From Candidatus Hermodarchaeota archaeon (GTDB lineage: Archaea > Asgardarchaeota > Heimdallarchaeia > Hodarchaeales > Hodarchaeaceae), in NCBI GenBank assembly GCA_048886185.1, contig JBHLKY010000002.1, positions 90,001-122,000 of the forward strand: DNA of 32,000 nt. The letters are read 5' to 3'. Each line of letters opens with the position of its first letter. Position 1 is the stretch's first letter. The notes under the pieces were generated by a model. That model worked only from the letters and a program-made list of their open reading frames with translations. It did not search any database and was not told where the DNA came from. Positions 1-8,589 of this stretch are shown here, piece by piece. Both the position numbers and the translations under genes were made by a program.

Positions 1-172
1 GTGCCTTTATAACTGGTAATAAAAAGGAGCTGGCTAGTACTGCTATTCCAAATCTCAGTGTCATTATATCTAAGGGAGTTGAAAAGTTTAATATTTGTTC
101 GACTACAATAGGACTTATGCCCCACAGTATACTACTAATTAACATGGCACTTTGTGCACTTTTGTCTTGCAT
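1..172 (-). CDS. EamA/DMT-family transporter, N-terminal part (runs off the left edge)
   Basis: Not in the ORF track. Manual translation from ATG at 172 gives MQDKSAQSAMLISSILWGISPIVVEQILNFSTPLDIMTLRFGIAVLASSFLLPVIKA, open to base 1. The LWG...P...(L)RF pattern is typical of the first two helices of an EamA repeat. An in-frame TGA lies 6 codons upstream of the ATG. Confidence 0.8.
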   Translation of the reverse strand, partial: MQDKSAQSAMLISSILWGISPIVVEQILNFSTPLDIMTLRFGIAVLASSFLLPVIKA

Positions 173-284
173 AGTTTCGTTATTAGCTCAGACAAAGATG
201 AATTTATTACCTCGATTAGGAGGTATTTTCTTTAAGATTTAATATTCAACACTATTCCAATAACAAGAAACGAAGTGACAGCAG

Positions 285-956
285 ATGCTTTATAATGTCC
301 TAGTCAAAATAAACCATAATTGCCCATTTTCGAGACTCTCCAAAAAATTTCCAACAGTTGAAGTTCTACATTGGTGTAATTCACATTATGACGTATTGGA
401 AATACGAGGAAGTAAAACGGAGGTAGATAATGCAATAGCTGATGTTCATACGAATCTAGGATCAATTATTAAGAAATCCTTAGGTCAAGACCATGTACAA
501 ATGGTCATCAAGCAATGTGAATGTGATTACGAACCTTTTTCTGTCATATTAGACAGTTATAAATGCATACGATTACCACCAGTAAAATATCTAGCTGGAG
601 AAGAAGTTGTTAAGTTACTAATCACATTAGATGATCTCAAAACAATTTCAGATGAACTCAAGAAGAAAGATCCAAGTGCTTTAGTCGAGATTCTTACTAT
701 CGCCCCGATTAAGGAGATTGATAATCCCAAATTACACCCACTGTATTTAGATGAATTAAGAACAGATTTAACATACAAACAACTGCAAGTCATAACCAAA
801 GCGTATGATCAGGGTTATTATGAACTTCCACGAAATGTTTCAATCGATTCACTTTCAGATGAAATGGCGATTAAACCGCGAACCTTTCAAGAACATCTAA
901 GAAAAGCAGAAAGAAAAATAATGAAGAAGATTATACCAGTTCTGACTCTGAAATAA
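285..956 (+). CDS. Archaeal transcriptional regulator, bacterio-opsin activator (Bat/HTH_10)-type C-terminal HTH
   Basis: C-terminal LTYKQLQVITKAYDQGYYELPRNVSIDSLSDEMAIKPRTFQEHLRKAERKI matches the LT.RQ...L..A...GYY..PR......LA...GI...T..EHLRKAE.K pattern. N-terminus resembles the associated sensory domain. Confidence 0.88.
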   Translation: MLYNVLVKINHNCPFSRLSKKFPTVEVLHWCNSHYDVLEIRGSKTEVDNAIADVHTNLGSIIKKSLGQDHVQMVIKQCECDYEPFSVILDSYKCIRLPPVKYLAGEEVVKLLITLDDLKTISDELKKKDPSALVEILTIAPIKEIDNPKLHPLYLDELRTDLTYKQLQVITKAYDQGYYELPRNVSIDSLSDEMAIKPRTFQEHLRKAERKIMKKIIPVLTLK

Positions 957-981
957 AGTCCTTTCTATAGTAATTCAGATT

Positions 982-1695
982 CTACTTTTCAAGGGATAAG
1001 CCTCTCCTCCTCAGCTTTTCTCGTACAAAGGGGTACAGAAGTAACTGCTCAATTTCTAATTGCTTTGGTCTCACTACAGCTTCCAAATCACTGATTTCCT
1101 TAGACGTAAAGAACTCAGCCATGATAGCGACATTAAATCGCAATGATGATTTCTGCAATAGCTCAATGGCATGAAGCTGGGCCTTATAAATATCAATGGG
1201 TGCTCCAGTTACCTTCGAAAAGAGGGTTTGTCCTGCTTTCAAACTGATTCGTATATATGGGCGATGTTGAGCGTTTTTTAAGGCTTGAATGTATGTGGAT
1301 TCAGAAAGAAGAATACCATTTGTTTCTAGGACAAACAAAATATCATCTGGGATCTGTTCCAGTACTGAAAGGAGGTGTTCTTTACACAACGTGGGTTCAC
1401 CTCCACTCAAGCGCATACGATGACAATTGTGCTTCTCACTGAGAGCCATCAATGCCCGTACTACCTGATCAGCGGAGTACCATGAGCCCTTTCGAGGAAA
1501 CCATGCGGTTTTTTGAGACCAACAATACCCACAGCGGAGATTACACCCCACTACATCAGCAGTGACAATTCCCCCATAAAACTGACTTGAATACCGAAAT
1601 CGATAGTATTTTCTAAGGGATTCATTGGCCAATCCTTCCTGACATACCTGATTTATTGTTTGACGAGTCAATTGGTGGGTTTTACTAGGATTCAT
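982..1695 (-). CDS. Small radical SAM protein, substrate unknown
   Basis: CxxxCxxC (CNLRCGYC), GGE motif (RLSGGEPTL) and LETNG. 237 aa, partial-barrel size. Confidence 0.88.
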   Translation of the reverse strand: MNPSKTHQLTRQTINQVCQEGLANESLRKYYRFRYSSQFYGGIVTADVVGCNLRCGYCWSQKTAWFPRKGSWYSADQVVRALMALSEKHNCHRMRLSGGEPTLCKEHLLSVLEQIPDDILFVLETNGILLSESTYIQALKNAQHRPYIRISLKAGQTLFSKVTGAPIDIYKAQLHAIELLQKSSLRFNVAIMAEFFTSKEISDLEAVVRPKQLEIEQLLLYPFVREKLRRRGLSLEK

Positions 1696-1886
1696 AATCT
1701 CTAATTACAATTTCTAGAGCTTCATTAAACTATCCTTCGATCTCCTTAAATGATGTTTTTTTAATAAGAAAGTGCACTCGTTTGAGAAGAGATAGGATCC
1801 CTGTAAGTACGCTTACGAATTTAAGCCCGAATGTATTGATGGATTCTCTATTATCTGGAAATTCTATCGTTTAAATTATCAATTTC

Positions 1887-2309
1887 TTAGATTCTACACC
1901 AAGCAGAGGGATCTGCTTCAAGATCTTTTTGAGTAACTGCCTCAACGATTAGTGGGAGAATTGATTCTCTCAATTGGTTAACAGGTTGTCTAAGTCCTGA
2001 AAGATCTTCCTGCTCAAGTTCAATTCCAAGGTTCTTAAGAATTTTAAAGACATAAAGAAGCTGGTAGCGGAGAATCCCACATCCTTGACAAGAATCCTTT
2101 TCTAAGTTTTCGGAAGCAAGTACCACGTTTTCAGCTAAAGTACGTACCAATTGACGTCTATCCCATTCTCTAGCTTTCTTAAAGTTGACACAATCATTAC
2201 AAACTACTAATGATTGGTCATAACAATTACTACAAATCGCTCGCTTGCATCGAAGACAGAAGACTGTGGCTGCTACTTCCTCGCATCTTTCACATTTCAT
2301 TATCCTCAC
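1887..2309 (-). CDS. Cys-rich zinc-finger protein (B-box-like) with helical C-terminus
   Basis: CERC-x8-CLRC-x4-CSNC-x7-CNDC at the N-terminus plus a further CQGC. Start may be the ATG at 2300 rather than the GTG at 2309. Confidence 0.7.
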   Translation of the reverse strand: MRIMKCERCEEVAATVFCLRCKRAICSNCYDQSLVVCNDCVNFKKAREWDRRQLVRTLAENVVLASENLEKDSCQGCGILRYQLLYVFKILKNLGIELEQEDLSGLRQPVNQLRESILPLIVEAVTQKDLEADPSAWCRI

Positions 2310-2650
2310 TAAGAGAAATACACTAACCAGGACGCAAAAAAGCTTTTCTACAAAGTCTAAGCCAAAAATTATATTTCAAAGTTAATCAGGTCAAAAATAG
2401 CTCTTTCTCTCTCATTTTGCCATGTAATAGAATGATAAACGCCTTAATAAAGATTTCAATTCTCAAAACAGGGAAAAAAAGATACATGAAAGGAAGGAAG
2501 AGGAGGAAAGAAAATTTAACAGCTCTATAAGGAAAACCACAGGGGAAAACGAAACACGACCCTACTTGCACATTCCGATGTCCTTATATACTGTTGTTGA
2601 TGATGAAGTGTTGATGTTGATGATTCTTACAATGGTCAGCATCCCTCGTT

Positions 2651-2656
2651 AGGTGA
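2651..2656 (+). promoter_or_regulatory. Shine-Dalgarno site AGGTGA
   Basis: AGGTGA 6 nt upstream of the ATG at 2663, complementary to the archaeal 16S 3' end. Confidence 0.6.
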
Positions 2657-2662
2657 CCAGTA

Positions 2663-2920
2663 ATGGCAGCAATCGACACAAATGAAGTAATTGAGAGTGA
2701 TTCGCCTAGTGATAAGGTTCATCACTTGCCTAAATCCGCCCAAGAGGTGTACTCGTTGCTTTGTGCCAACGGTGCCTTAAAACCTCGCGAGATTGGGTTG
2801 TATACTTCCTTATCGAATCGTACCATCCGTTATGCATTAAAGATTTTAGTTGATGATGATAAGGTCCGACGTGTTCCTGATTTACATGACTTACGGTCTC
2901 ACTTTTATGCCATCAATTAG
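2663..2920 (+). CDS. Small winged-helix (MarR/TrmB-like) DNA-binding protein
   Basis: LPKSAQEVYSLL..NGALKPREIGLYTSLSNRTIRYALKILVDDDKVRRVPDLHDLRSHFY: HTH, wing and terminal aromatic strand. Good SD site. Confidence 0.85.
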   Translation: MAAIDTNEVIESDSPSDKVHHLPKSAQEVYSLLCANGALKPREIGLYTSLSNRTIRYALKILVDDDKVRRVPDLHDLRSHFYAIN

Positions 2921-3092
2921 CTTCCTGTGTTGTTTCCTCGGCGTGAGACCTTTCTTTTGGAGTATGAAAATCATGTGTTAACCCTGATCGTGTTGTTGGT
3001 TTCCTATGTCAGTTTAGCTAGTTCAAAAGATTAAAATTTGATTTAGAAAGTTTTCATCAACAGATACGATTTCCTTTCAAACGGCGTTTTCC

Positions 3093-3722
3093 ATGGGTTC
3101 AACAGATAAAACTAGTCAGAAAGAGGAGAAAAAATCTGTTGAATTCTCTGATTTGTCTTTACAACAAGCTATTCCTAAAATCATTCATGAGAGTCTCCAG
3201 GAGGTTCGGGAGGATATCCACGACATCAAGGAATCGAGTAGAGATCTCCATTTGATGGTTCGGGGTATTCATGCTGAACTTAGTGAAATGAAATCCTTAG
3301 CTCAGAGTATCGGTCGGTCTATTGAGCGTTTCATTGATGGAAGAGAAGTTAAAACGGCTTCTGGGTTTGATGTGGGTGAAATCGCTACTGGATTAGATTT
3401 GATTACCAAAATCCCTCAACATTTGCGACGAACCTTCCAAGTTGTCCTTCAACTTGATAGAGCCACCGCCCGAAGTGTGTCCCGTAGAACGGGAAAGAGT
3501 CGGCCGTTGGAGAGTGATTACCTCAACCAACTCTCTGAACGAGGATTTCTTGAGAAAAAGCATGAGGGAAGAAAAGCTTTCTTTTATTACAAACATGCGA
3601 AAGAGGAGGAAGACGAGGAAGAGGAGGAGGAAAATGATTATATGGTAAAAAAACAAATGATTGTTAACAATGCCAATCATGCTAATCGGTCTCATGGCAA
3701 GAAAAATGCCCATCATTATTAG
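3093..3722 (+). CDS. Coiled-coil + winged-helix protein with acidic tail
   Basis: Heptad-like segment (SLQEVREDIHDIKESSRDLHLMVRGIHAELSEMKSLAQSI), then wHTH (ATARSVSRRTGKSRPLESDYLNQLSERGFLEKKHEGRKAFFY), then EEEDEEEEEE. Confidence 0.8.
   Translation: MGSTDKTSQKEEKKSVEFSDLSLQQAIPKIIHESLQEVREDIHDIKESSRDLHLMVRGIHAELSEMKSLAQSIGRSIERFIDGREVKTASGFDVGEIATGLDLITKIPQHLRRTFQVVLQLDRATARSVSRRTGKSRPLESDYLNQLSERGFLEKKHEGRKAFFYYKHAKEEEDEEEEEENDYMVKKQMIVNNANHANRSHGKKNAHHY
3603..3632 (+). repeat. GAR trinucleotide low-complexity tract encoding EEEDEEEEEE
   Basis: gag gag gaa gac gag gaa gag gag gag gaa, in frame within 3093..3722. Confidence 0.8.
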
Positions 3723-3742
3723 TGATAAGTTCTTTAGGATGA

Positions 3743-4555
3743 GTGTCTAATATGAGGATTATTGCGTTTCATTCGTACAAGGGAGGAACAGGAAAAACTC
3801 ATTTATCAGCCAATTTAGCTACTGTGTTAGCCCGTAAGGGCCATAAGACTGCCCTCCTCGACTTAGATTTTCGGGGGCCCAACCTCCAGACCTTATGTGG
3901 GATTGATTCTGATGTAACGATCAATGATCTCCTGTTTGACCCGGATCTTCGGGGGCGTGATCTACTTGTTTCCTTTGAAGATCAGTACAAAATCCCCCTT
4001 TATGCGGCTTTTGCCTCAACGGATTTCCGGAAAATGAGTGATATTGTCCGTGCGGACAAGAAACAGCGTCAACGTTCCCTTAAACGTATTCTACGTCTCC
4101 GTGACGAACTATCTGAGTCTGGCTTTGATTATACTATTATTGACACTAGTCCAGGTGTCCAAATGGAAAGCATTGATGGTCTGGTGATTAGTGATGCTAC
4201 CTGTCTAGTCTTGAAAGCAGATGATTTTGATATTAGTGGGACTAAGAGTATGGTGGCCCAACTTTATAGTTTGCTGGACTCCAAAAACTATGTTATCTTA
4301 AATCGTGTGGTTGCGGAAACTTGCCCCCCTGAGGAAGGTGTTTGGGGTGAAAAGGATAGACAGCAAGTTGAGCAGCTTGAAAAAACGATTACTGATGCGA
4401 TGCGTATGTCAGTGCTTACAGCCATTCCTTGTTTCTGCGAAGTGGCTCGTGAAGGTTCTCGAAACATTTTTAGCCTTAAGTATCCTGACCATCCCTTTAG
4501 CCGATATATTGAGGAACTCGCAACCAAACTGATGAATGGGTTCTCTCCAGAATAA
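3743..4555 (+). CDS. MinD/ParA-family ATPase
   Basis: Deviant Walker A (SYKGGTGKT), LLDLD, Walker B (IIDTSPG), LNRV, C-terminal IFSLKYPDHPFS. No obvious amphipathic membrane-targeting tail. Start is GTG 3743 or ATG 3752. Confidence 0.9.
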   Translation: MSNMRIIAFHSYKGGTGKTHLSANLATVLARKGHKTALLDLDFRGPNLQTLCGIDSDVTINDLLFDPDLRGRDLLVSFEDQYKIPLYAAFASTDFRKMSDIVRADKKQRQRSLKRILRLRDELSESGFDYTIIDTSPGVQMESIDGLVISDATCLVLKADDFDISGTKSMVAQLYSLLDSKNYVILNRVVAETCPPEEGVWGEKDRQQVEQLEKTITDAMRMSVLTAIPCFCEVAREGSRNIFSLKYPDHPFSRYIEELATKLMNGFSPE

Positions 4556-4608
4556 GCTTTTTAAAGAAACAGATGGTCATAATCCCTACTTTCTGTTCCT
4601 TACTCATC

Positions 4609-4615
4609 TTTTTTT
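4609..4615 (+). terminator. Oligo-T tract, probable archaeal terminator
   Basis: T7 in a pyrimidine-rich stretch ~55 nt after the ATPase stop, between convergent genes. Confidence 0.35.
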
Positions 4616-4645
4616 AGGATTTATTTCCGCGTTAGATGAGTGCCA

Positions 4646-5329
4646 TTAGACAAAGCGCCCAGATGACATCCTATGAGTCATATCTGCGTACTTTTTGAGC
4701 TCCTCGTTATGTGTGACTACCAAGATTGAGGTATCTCGTTTGGTAAAGCTCTTCAAGAGTCGCATTATCGATGCTGCGTTGTCTACATCAAGATTCCCTG
4801 TTGGTTCATCCGCGAAGATGATTCGTGGTTTCCCCACGAGAGCACGAGCAATTCCTATTCGCTGCTGTTCTCCTCCGCTAAGTTCATCAGGAAAATTGTC
4901 TGCTTTATCCCAGAGGCCCACTTGTTTCAGTAACGAGATAGATCTTGTCCTGATCTCTTTCCCTTTCACTTTGAGAGGATAGAGGGGGGATTCAATGTTT
5001 TCCAATGCTGTCATGATGGGAACGAGCTCCCAGTTTTGAAAGATAAATCCAACATTCTCTCTACGAAATTGAGCTAGTTTCTCTTCATCCCATTCTGCGA
5101 TGTTTTCGTCTTCATAGAGGATTTTACCTTCTGTGGGTTTATCTAATCCTGATAGGATGTTTATAAGTGTGGATTTTCCTGACCCTGAAGGCCCTGTTAC
5201 TAGAACCATCTTTCCCTTTGGAATTTGGATGTCCACATCATTTACTGCCATCACAACTTCTCGTTTCCCTCGGATATACTCTTTAGTTAGGTTTTTGGCT
5301 TCAATTAATGTTCCACTCATCTTTTGCAC
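4646..5329 (-). CDS. ABC transporter ATPase, LolD/MacB family
   Basis: Walker A GPSGSGKST, Q-loop GFIFQ, signature LSGGEQQR, Walker B/D-loop IFADEPTGNLD, H-loop VVTHN. Confidence 0.95.
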   Translation of the reverse strand: MQKMSGTLIEAKNLTKEYIRGKREVVMAVNDVDIQIPKGKMVLVTGPSGSGKSTLINILSGLDKPTEGKILYEDENIAEWDEEKLAQFRRENVGFIFQNWELVPIMTALENIESPLYPLKVKGKEIRTRSISLLKQVGLWDKADNFPDELSGGEQQRIGIARALVGKPRIIFADEPTGNLDVDNAASIMRLLKSFTKRDTSILVVTHNEELKKYADMTHRMSSGRFV

Positions 5330-5330
5330 C

Positions 5331-6530
5331 TCACTTCTGTCGGAAAATCTCTATAGGCCTTACTGAGAGAATTCGGAATGTAATTAGGAAAAATCCTGGA
5401 ACACATGAGATTACAACAGCTATAAACGCGAATAATGCCGTCGGTGACAATAAAATTAGATAATAGTATGCTCCTGAACGGCCTAATGGATTCCATAAAT
5501 ATCCTTGAATTACTAATAAGCCTATTATATATCCAGTAATCGCAACAACCAAGATCTCACTTAAGACCACTATTCGAACATTTAATTTTGAGTATCCCAT
5601 TGCTTTCAGAACTGCTACTTCTCGTCGTCTAAAGCGAGTTATTAGATAAGAATAAAGTGTACTCACCATAAATGTCCCAAACATTCCAAACAGCAATGAT
5701 AGAAACGAAAAACTCCTCCCACCTTCTTTCAGGGATTTTGGTGTGTGATCGACATCATCGTATTGAGGTAGAGGGTCAATTTCTGGGGAAAATTCTGCGT
5801 AAAGATTGTCAACATTATTATAGACATTTCCACTAAGATAATCTCCACTGGCAAGAATGGATATTGAATGGATATAAATTTGACTAGAGTCGTAATTCAG
5901 ATGCTCTGCATCAGTTAAGGTTTTAAACGCTTCCTCTGTAATAAAAATCCACTCCCTGTTATCGCTAGCGACAGCAGTTGGCTTTTTATAGACTCCAGAG
6001 ACTCTTAAATCAAATTCCGAATCTGCAGTTTTCCCTATCTTAATTGTCGTACCTACTACAAATTTGGTATAAATATTGACTGGGTCTTGGGCATCCGCTA
6101 ATGTTAGTAACGCATCCTCAGGAACCAAGACATCGTTATTACCCCGAGGAAAAGTCCCTGCCACCAGATCTGTGGGGGAAATTGCATCAAATGCCCATGA
6201 ATATTTAGGTCGCATACTGAATATCCGGATATTTCCCCCAAAATTGACATACTTATAGAATATAACTGCTTTTGTCAACCCATGACTCCCTCCATCTGTC
6301 ACTCCGATATCACTTTCTGCATCTGAAAGAGTGACACTATCCATGGAAGATGCTTTAATGACCACCCCGCTGTGGACCAATAATCCTTCCCGTGAAAAAT
6401 TATCAAAATTATAAAGTAGGATGATAGTTGCCCCACTTAGAATACCAAACACAATGACGAACGGGATAAATCGTCTTTTAGAACGAGTGCTGAAAATGAT
6501 TGATTTGAATAAGAGTCGATATATTCCCAT
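5331..6530 (-). CDS. FtsX/MacB-type (type VII) ABC permease
   Basis: N-terminal TM helix, ~250-aa extracellular domain, then three TM helices with RRREVAVLKAMGYSK...SE. Ends 1 nt before the ATPase gene. Confidence 0.88.
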   Translation of the reverse strand: MGIYRLLFKSIIFSTRSKRRFIPFVIVFGILSGATIILLYNFDNFSREGLLVHSGVVIKASSMDSVTLSDAESDIGVTDGGSHGLTKAVIFYKYVNFGGNIRIFSMRPKYSWAFDAISPTDLVAGTFPRGNNDVLVPEDALLTLADAQDPVNIYTKFVVGTTIKIGKTADSEFDLRVSGVYKKPTAVASDNREWIFITEEAFKTLTDAEHLNYDSSQIYIHSISILASGDYLSGNVYNNVDNLYAEFSPEIDPLPQYDDVDHTPKSLKEGGRSFSFLSLLFGMFGTFMVSTLYSYLITRFRRREVAVLKAMGYSKLNVRIVVLSEILVVAITGYIIGLLVIQGYLWNPLGRSGAYYYLILLSPTALFAFIAVVISCVPGFFLITFRILSVRPIEIFRQK

Positions 6531-6828
6531 ACTACTTTAACTCCAATAGTTTTGTTTTATTAAAATGACTGATAACCGTGACTGTATTAACAATCTTAAA
6601 GATTTTTTTGCTTATTAACTCTTGTTACAGAGCATTCATGATGACTAGATTCTCTTGATGTTTAATCTATTAATAATTTGTATGTTACTTAAAATTAATC
6701 TTTTATCATCTTTACATAAGTTTTTCTATACCTATCATTGTTTCTGATTCAAAAGATTGTTAAATTCATTATTTAATTTAGCTAGATAGTGTGAAAATTA
6801 TCCATAATCAATACGGGAAACACGAGAC

Positions 6829-8517
6829 ATGGAATCATTATCCTTAACGGATTCACGGATATATTTTTTAGAGGAATGGATTCGTCATCATTCAGAGTTT
6901 GTCAGTTTAACCATATTAATTATTATTGGATGGATTCTTCGCTTTTTTTTAGCTATAAGCTCTGGAGGAATGGTTCATCCTGATGAGATTTATCAATCTC
7001 TGGAGATTGCCCACGATTTGAAATACGGGTATGGGTACATCCCGTGGGAGTTTCAAATCCCCGCGACCCCTGAAGATGATGGTGCAGCCCGTTCCTATCT
7101 GTTTCCTCTCTTATTTTATTACATTTTTGAAGTCTGTGACCTTCTTGGGATTCCCCATCAAATTAATGGAACACTAATGGTTGTTCGCATTTTTAGTGCA
7201 ACTTATTGTACGTCGCTTATTCCAATTGTCTACTTCTTTAGCAAAGAACTGTTCCCCTCGCAAAAACCTCCTCATGCTTTTTCGTTATTCGCAGCCTTTC
7301 TCATCACTTTCTGGTTTCAGTTTCCTTTTTTTGGCATTCGAACACTGACTAACTCGTTTGTCACCCCACTTATATTTTATGCATTATATCTCCACCTACA
7401 TACTACCAAGCGAAAGGATGAATTATCCTTTCTTAGGATTTCTGTACCAGAATTTATTGCAGGGGTTCTACTTGGATTAGCGTGCGCCCTTCGCATGGAT
7501 TCAGTTGTCTTTTTTGCCCCATTTTTCCTCCTACGTCATCAAAATAATGTCAAAATGCTTTTTCAATATTTCTTGGTAGCCATTGGATTTGGCATAATGT
7601 TCTTCATCCAAGGATTGACCGACCTATATTTTTTTGGTGTTTTCTTAGCATCTCCCATCAACTGGTATCAATTCAACATTGTTGAAGGGAAAAGTTCCAT
7701 CTTCGGGGTTCAACCATTTGCTTACTATTTCGGTAAAATTTTGATTCGTCCCTTTTATTCAATCAATTTTAGTCTCCTGATTGCTATGTTGATCTACAAG
7801 ATTCAGCGAGCTCTTCATAAATCTTCAGGCAGAATACATGACGAATGGTTCTTCACAATCCTAGAGAGTTTCATCTGGGCTATGATATCATTGATCGTTC
7901 TATCGTTGGTTGAGCATAAAGAAGAACGATTTATCTTCACCCTTTTTCCATTATTCATGATTCTGTTTGCAGCTGCAATGAAGGAATATCATTTAATTCT
8001 CAAGGATTTATACCATTATCTACATAATGATTTGTTTCCAAGATTCAATATTATCCACAAACCAAGACAAGAGGATCTCGCTTTCATTCAACTGGGATTA
8101 TTTCTTCTTGCGAGTCTTTTTACCCTTTCCTCAAGTCTTGAGAGTAGCGAAAATGCAGATTGGGCTTTTTTCCATGATGTAAATCAAGCCCTTGAATGGG
8201 TTGGTGATCAGGAGAATTCTACTGGTGTAATCGTTTTTACACAGTGGTTTTACACTGGAGGCTGGACTTATCTTCATAAAAACATCTCCATGAATTTTAA
8301 AAATGATCCTGGAGAAAACCTCGTCTGGCAAAGTGACGAACAATATGATTATCTAACAAAAGTGAAGAGAAGTGGTTTTAATTACTTAATTGCCCCTCAT
8401 TTCCAATATCGGAAAGCAAAAAATACCTATGATGTGGAACTTGAGCCACTACTCAACATTACTTTTAGATTAATCAAAACTGTTGAAGAGAGGGTAGATA
8501 TCTGGTTTAGGAGATAG
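6829..8517 (+). CDS. GT-C fold mannosyltransferase, GT22 (Alg9/PIG-B-like)
   Basis: Polytopic membrane protein with HPDEIYQSLEIAH..KYGYGYIPWEF, RSYLFP, RTLTNS and HKEERF, the conserved lumenal-loop motifs of PIG-B/Gpi10. Confidence 0.82.
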   Translation: MESLSLTDSRIYFLEEWIRHHSEFVSLTILIIIGWILRFFLAISSGGMVHPDEIYQSLEIAHDLKYGYGYIPWEFQIPATPEDDGAARSYLFPLLFYYIFEVCDLLGIPHQINGTLMVVRIFSATYCTSLIPIVYFFSKELFPSQKPPHAFSLFAAFLITFWFQFPFFGIRTLTNSFVTPLIFYALYLHLHTTKRKDELSFLRISVPEFIAGVLLGLACALRMDSVVFFAPFFLLRHQNNVKMLFQYFLVAIGFGIMFFIQGLTDLYFFGVFLASPINWYQFNIVEGKSSIFGVQPFAYYFGKILIRPFYSINFSLLIAMLIYKIQRALHKSSGRIHDEWFFTILESFIWAMISLIVLSLVEHKEERFIFTLFPLFMILFAAAMKEYHLILKDLYHYLHNDLFPRFNIIHKPRQEDLAFIQLGLFLLASLFTLSSSLESSENADWAFFHDVNQALEWVGDQENSTGVIVFTQWFYTGGWTYLHKNISMNFKNDPGENLVWQSDEQYDYLTKVKRSGFNYLIAPHFQYRKAKNTYDVELEPLLNITFRLIKTVEERVDIWFRR

Positions 8518-8543
8518 TGACAAGGGATTTCTCTTCAAACCAA

Positions 8544-8560
8544 ATTTGTATAGTACAAAT
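8544..8560. terminator. Perfect 7-bp inverted repeat between convergent genes
   Basis: ATTTGTA-tag-TACAAAT in the 72-bp gap between the GT22 and RtcB-like stops. AT-rich and weak. Confidence 0.3.
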
Positions 8561-8589
8561 GAGTAACAACTATGGAAAAGGGAGTGAAT

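Noticed and set aside
2386-2652. Intergenic ORF 2386-2571 (-) and micro-ORFs MKGRKRRKENLTAL (2486-2530) and MSLYTVVDDEVLMLMILTMVSIPR (2578-2652)
   Set aside because: They are products of a purine-skewed tract and GAT/GTT low complexity. None has a convincing SD, and the last overlaps a likely TATA element (TTATATA, 2584-2590).
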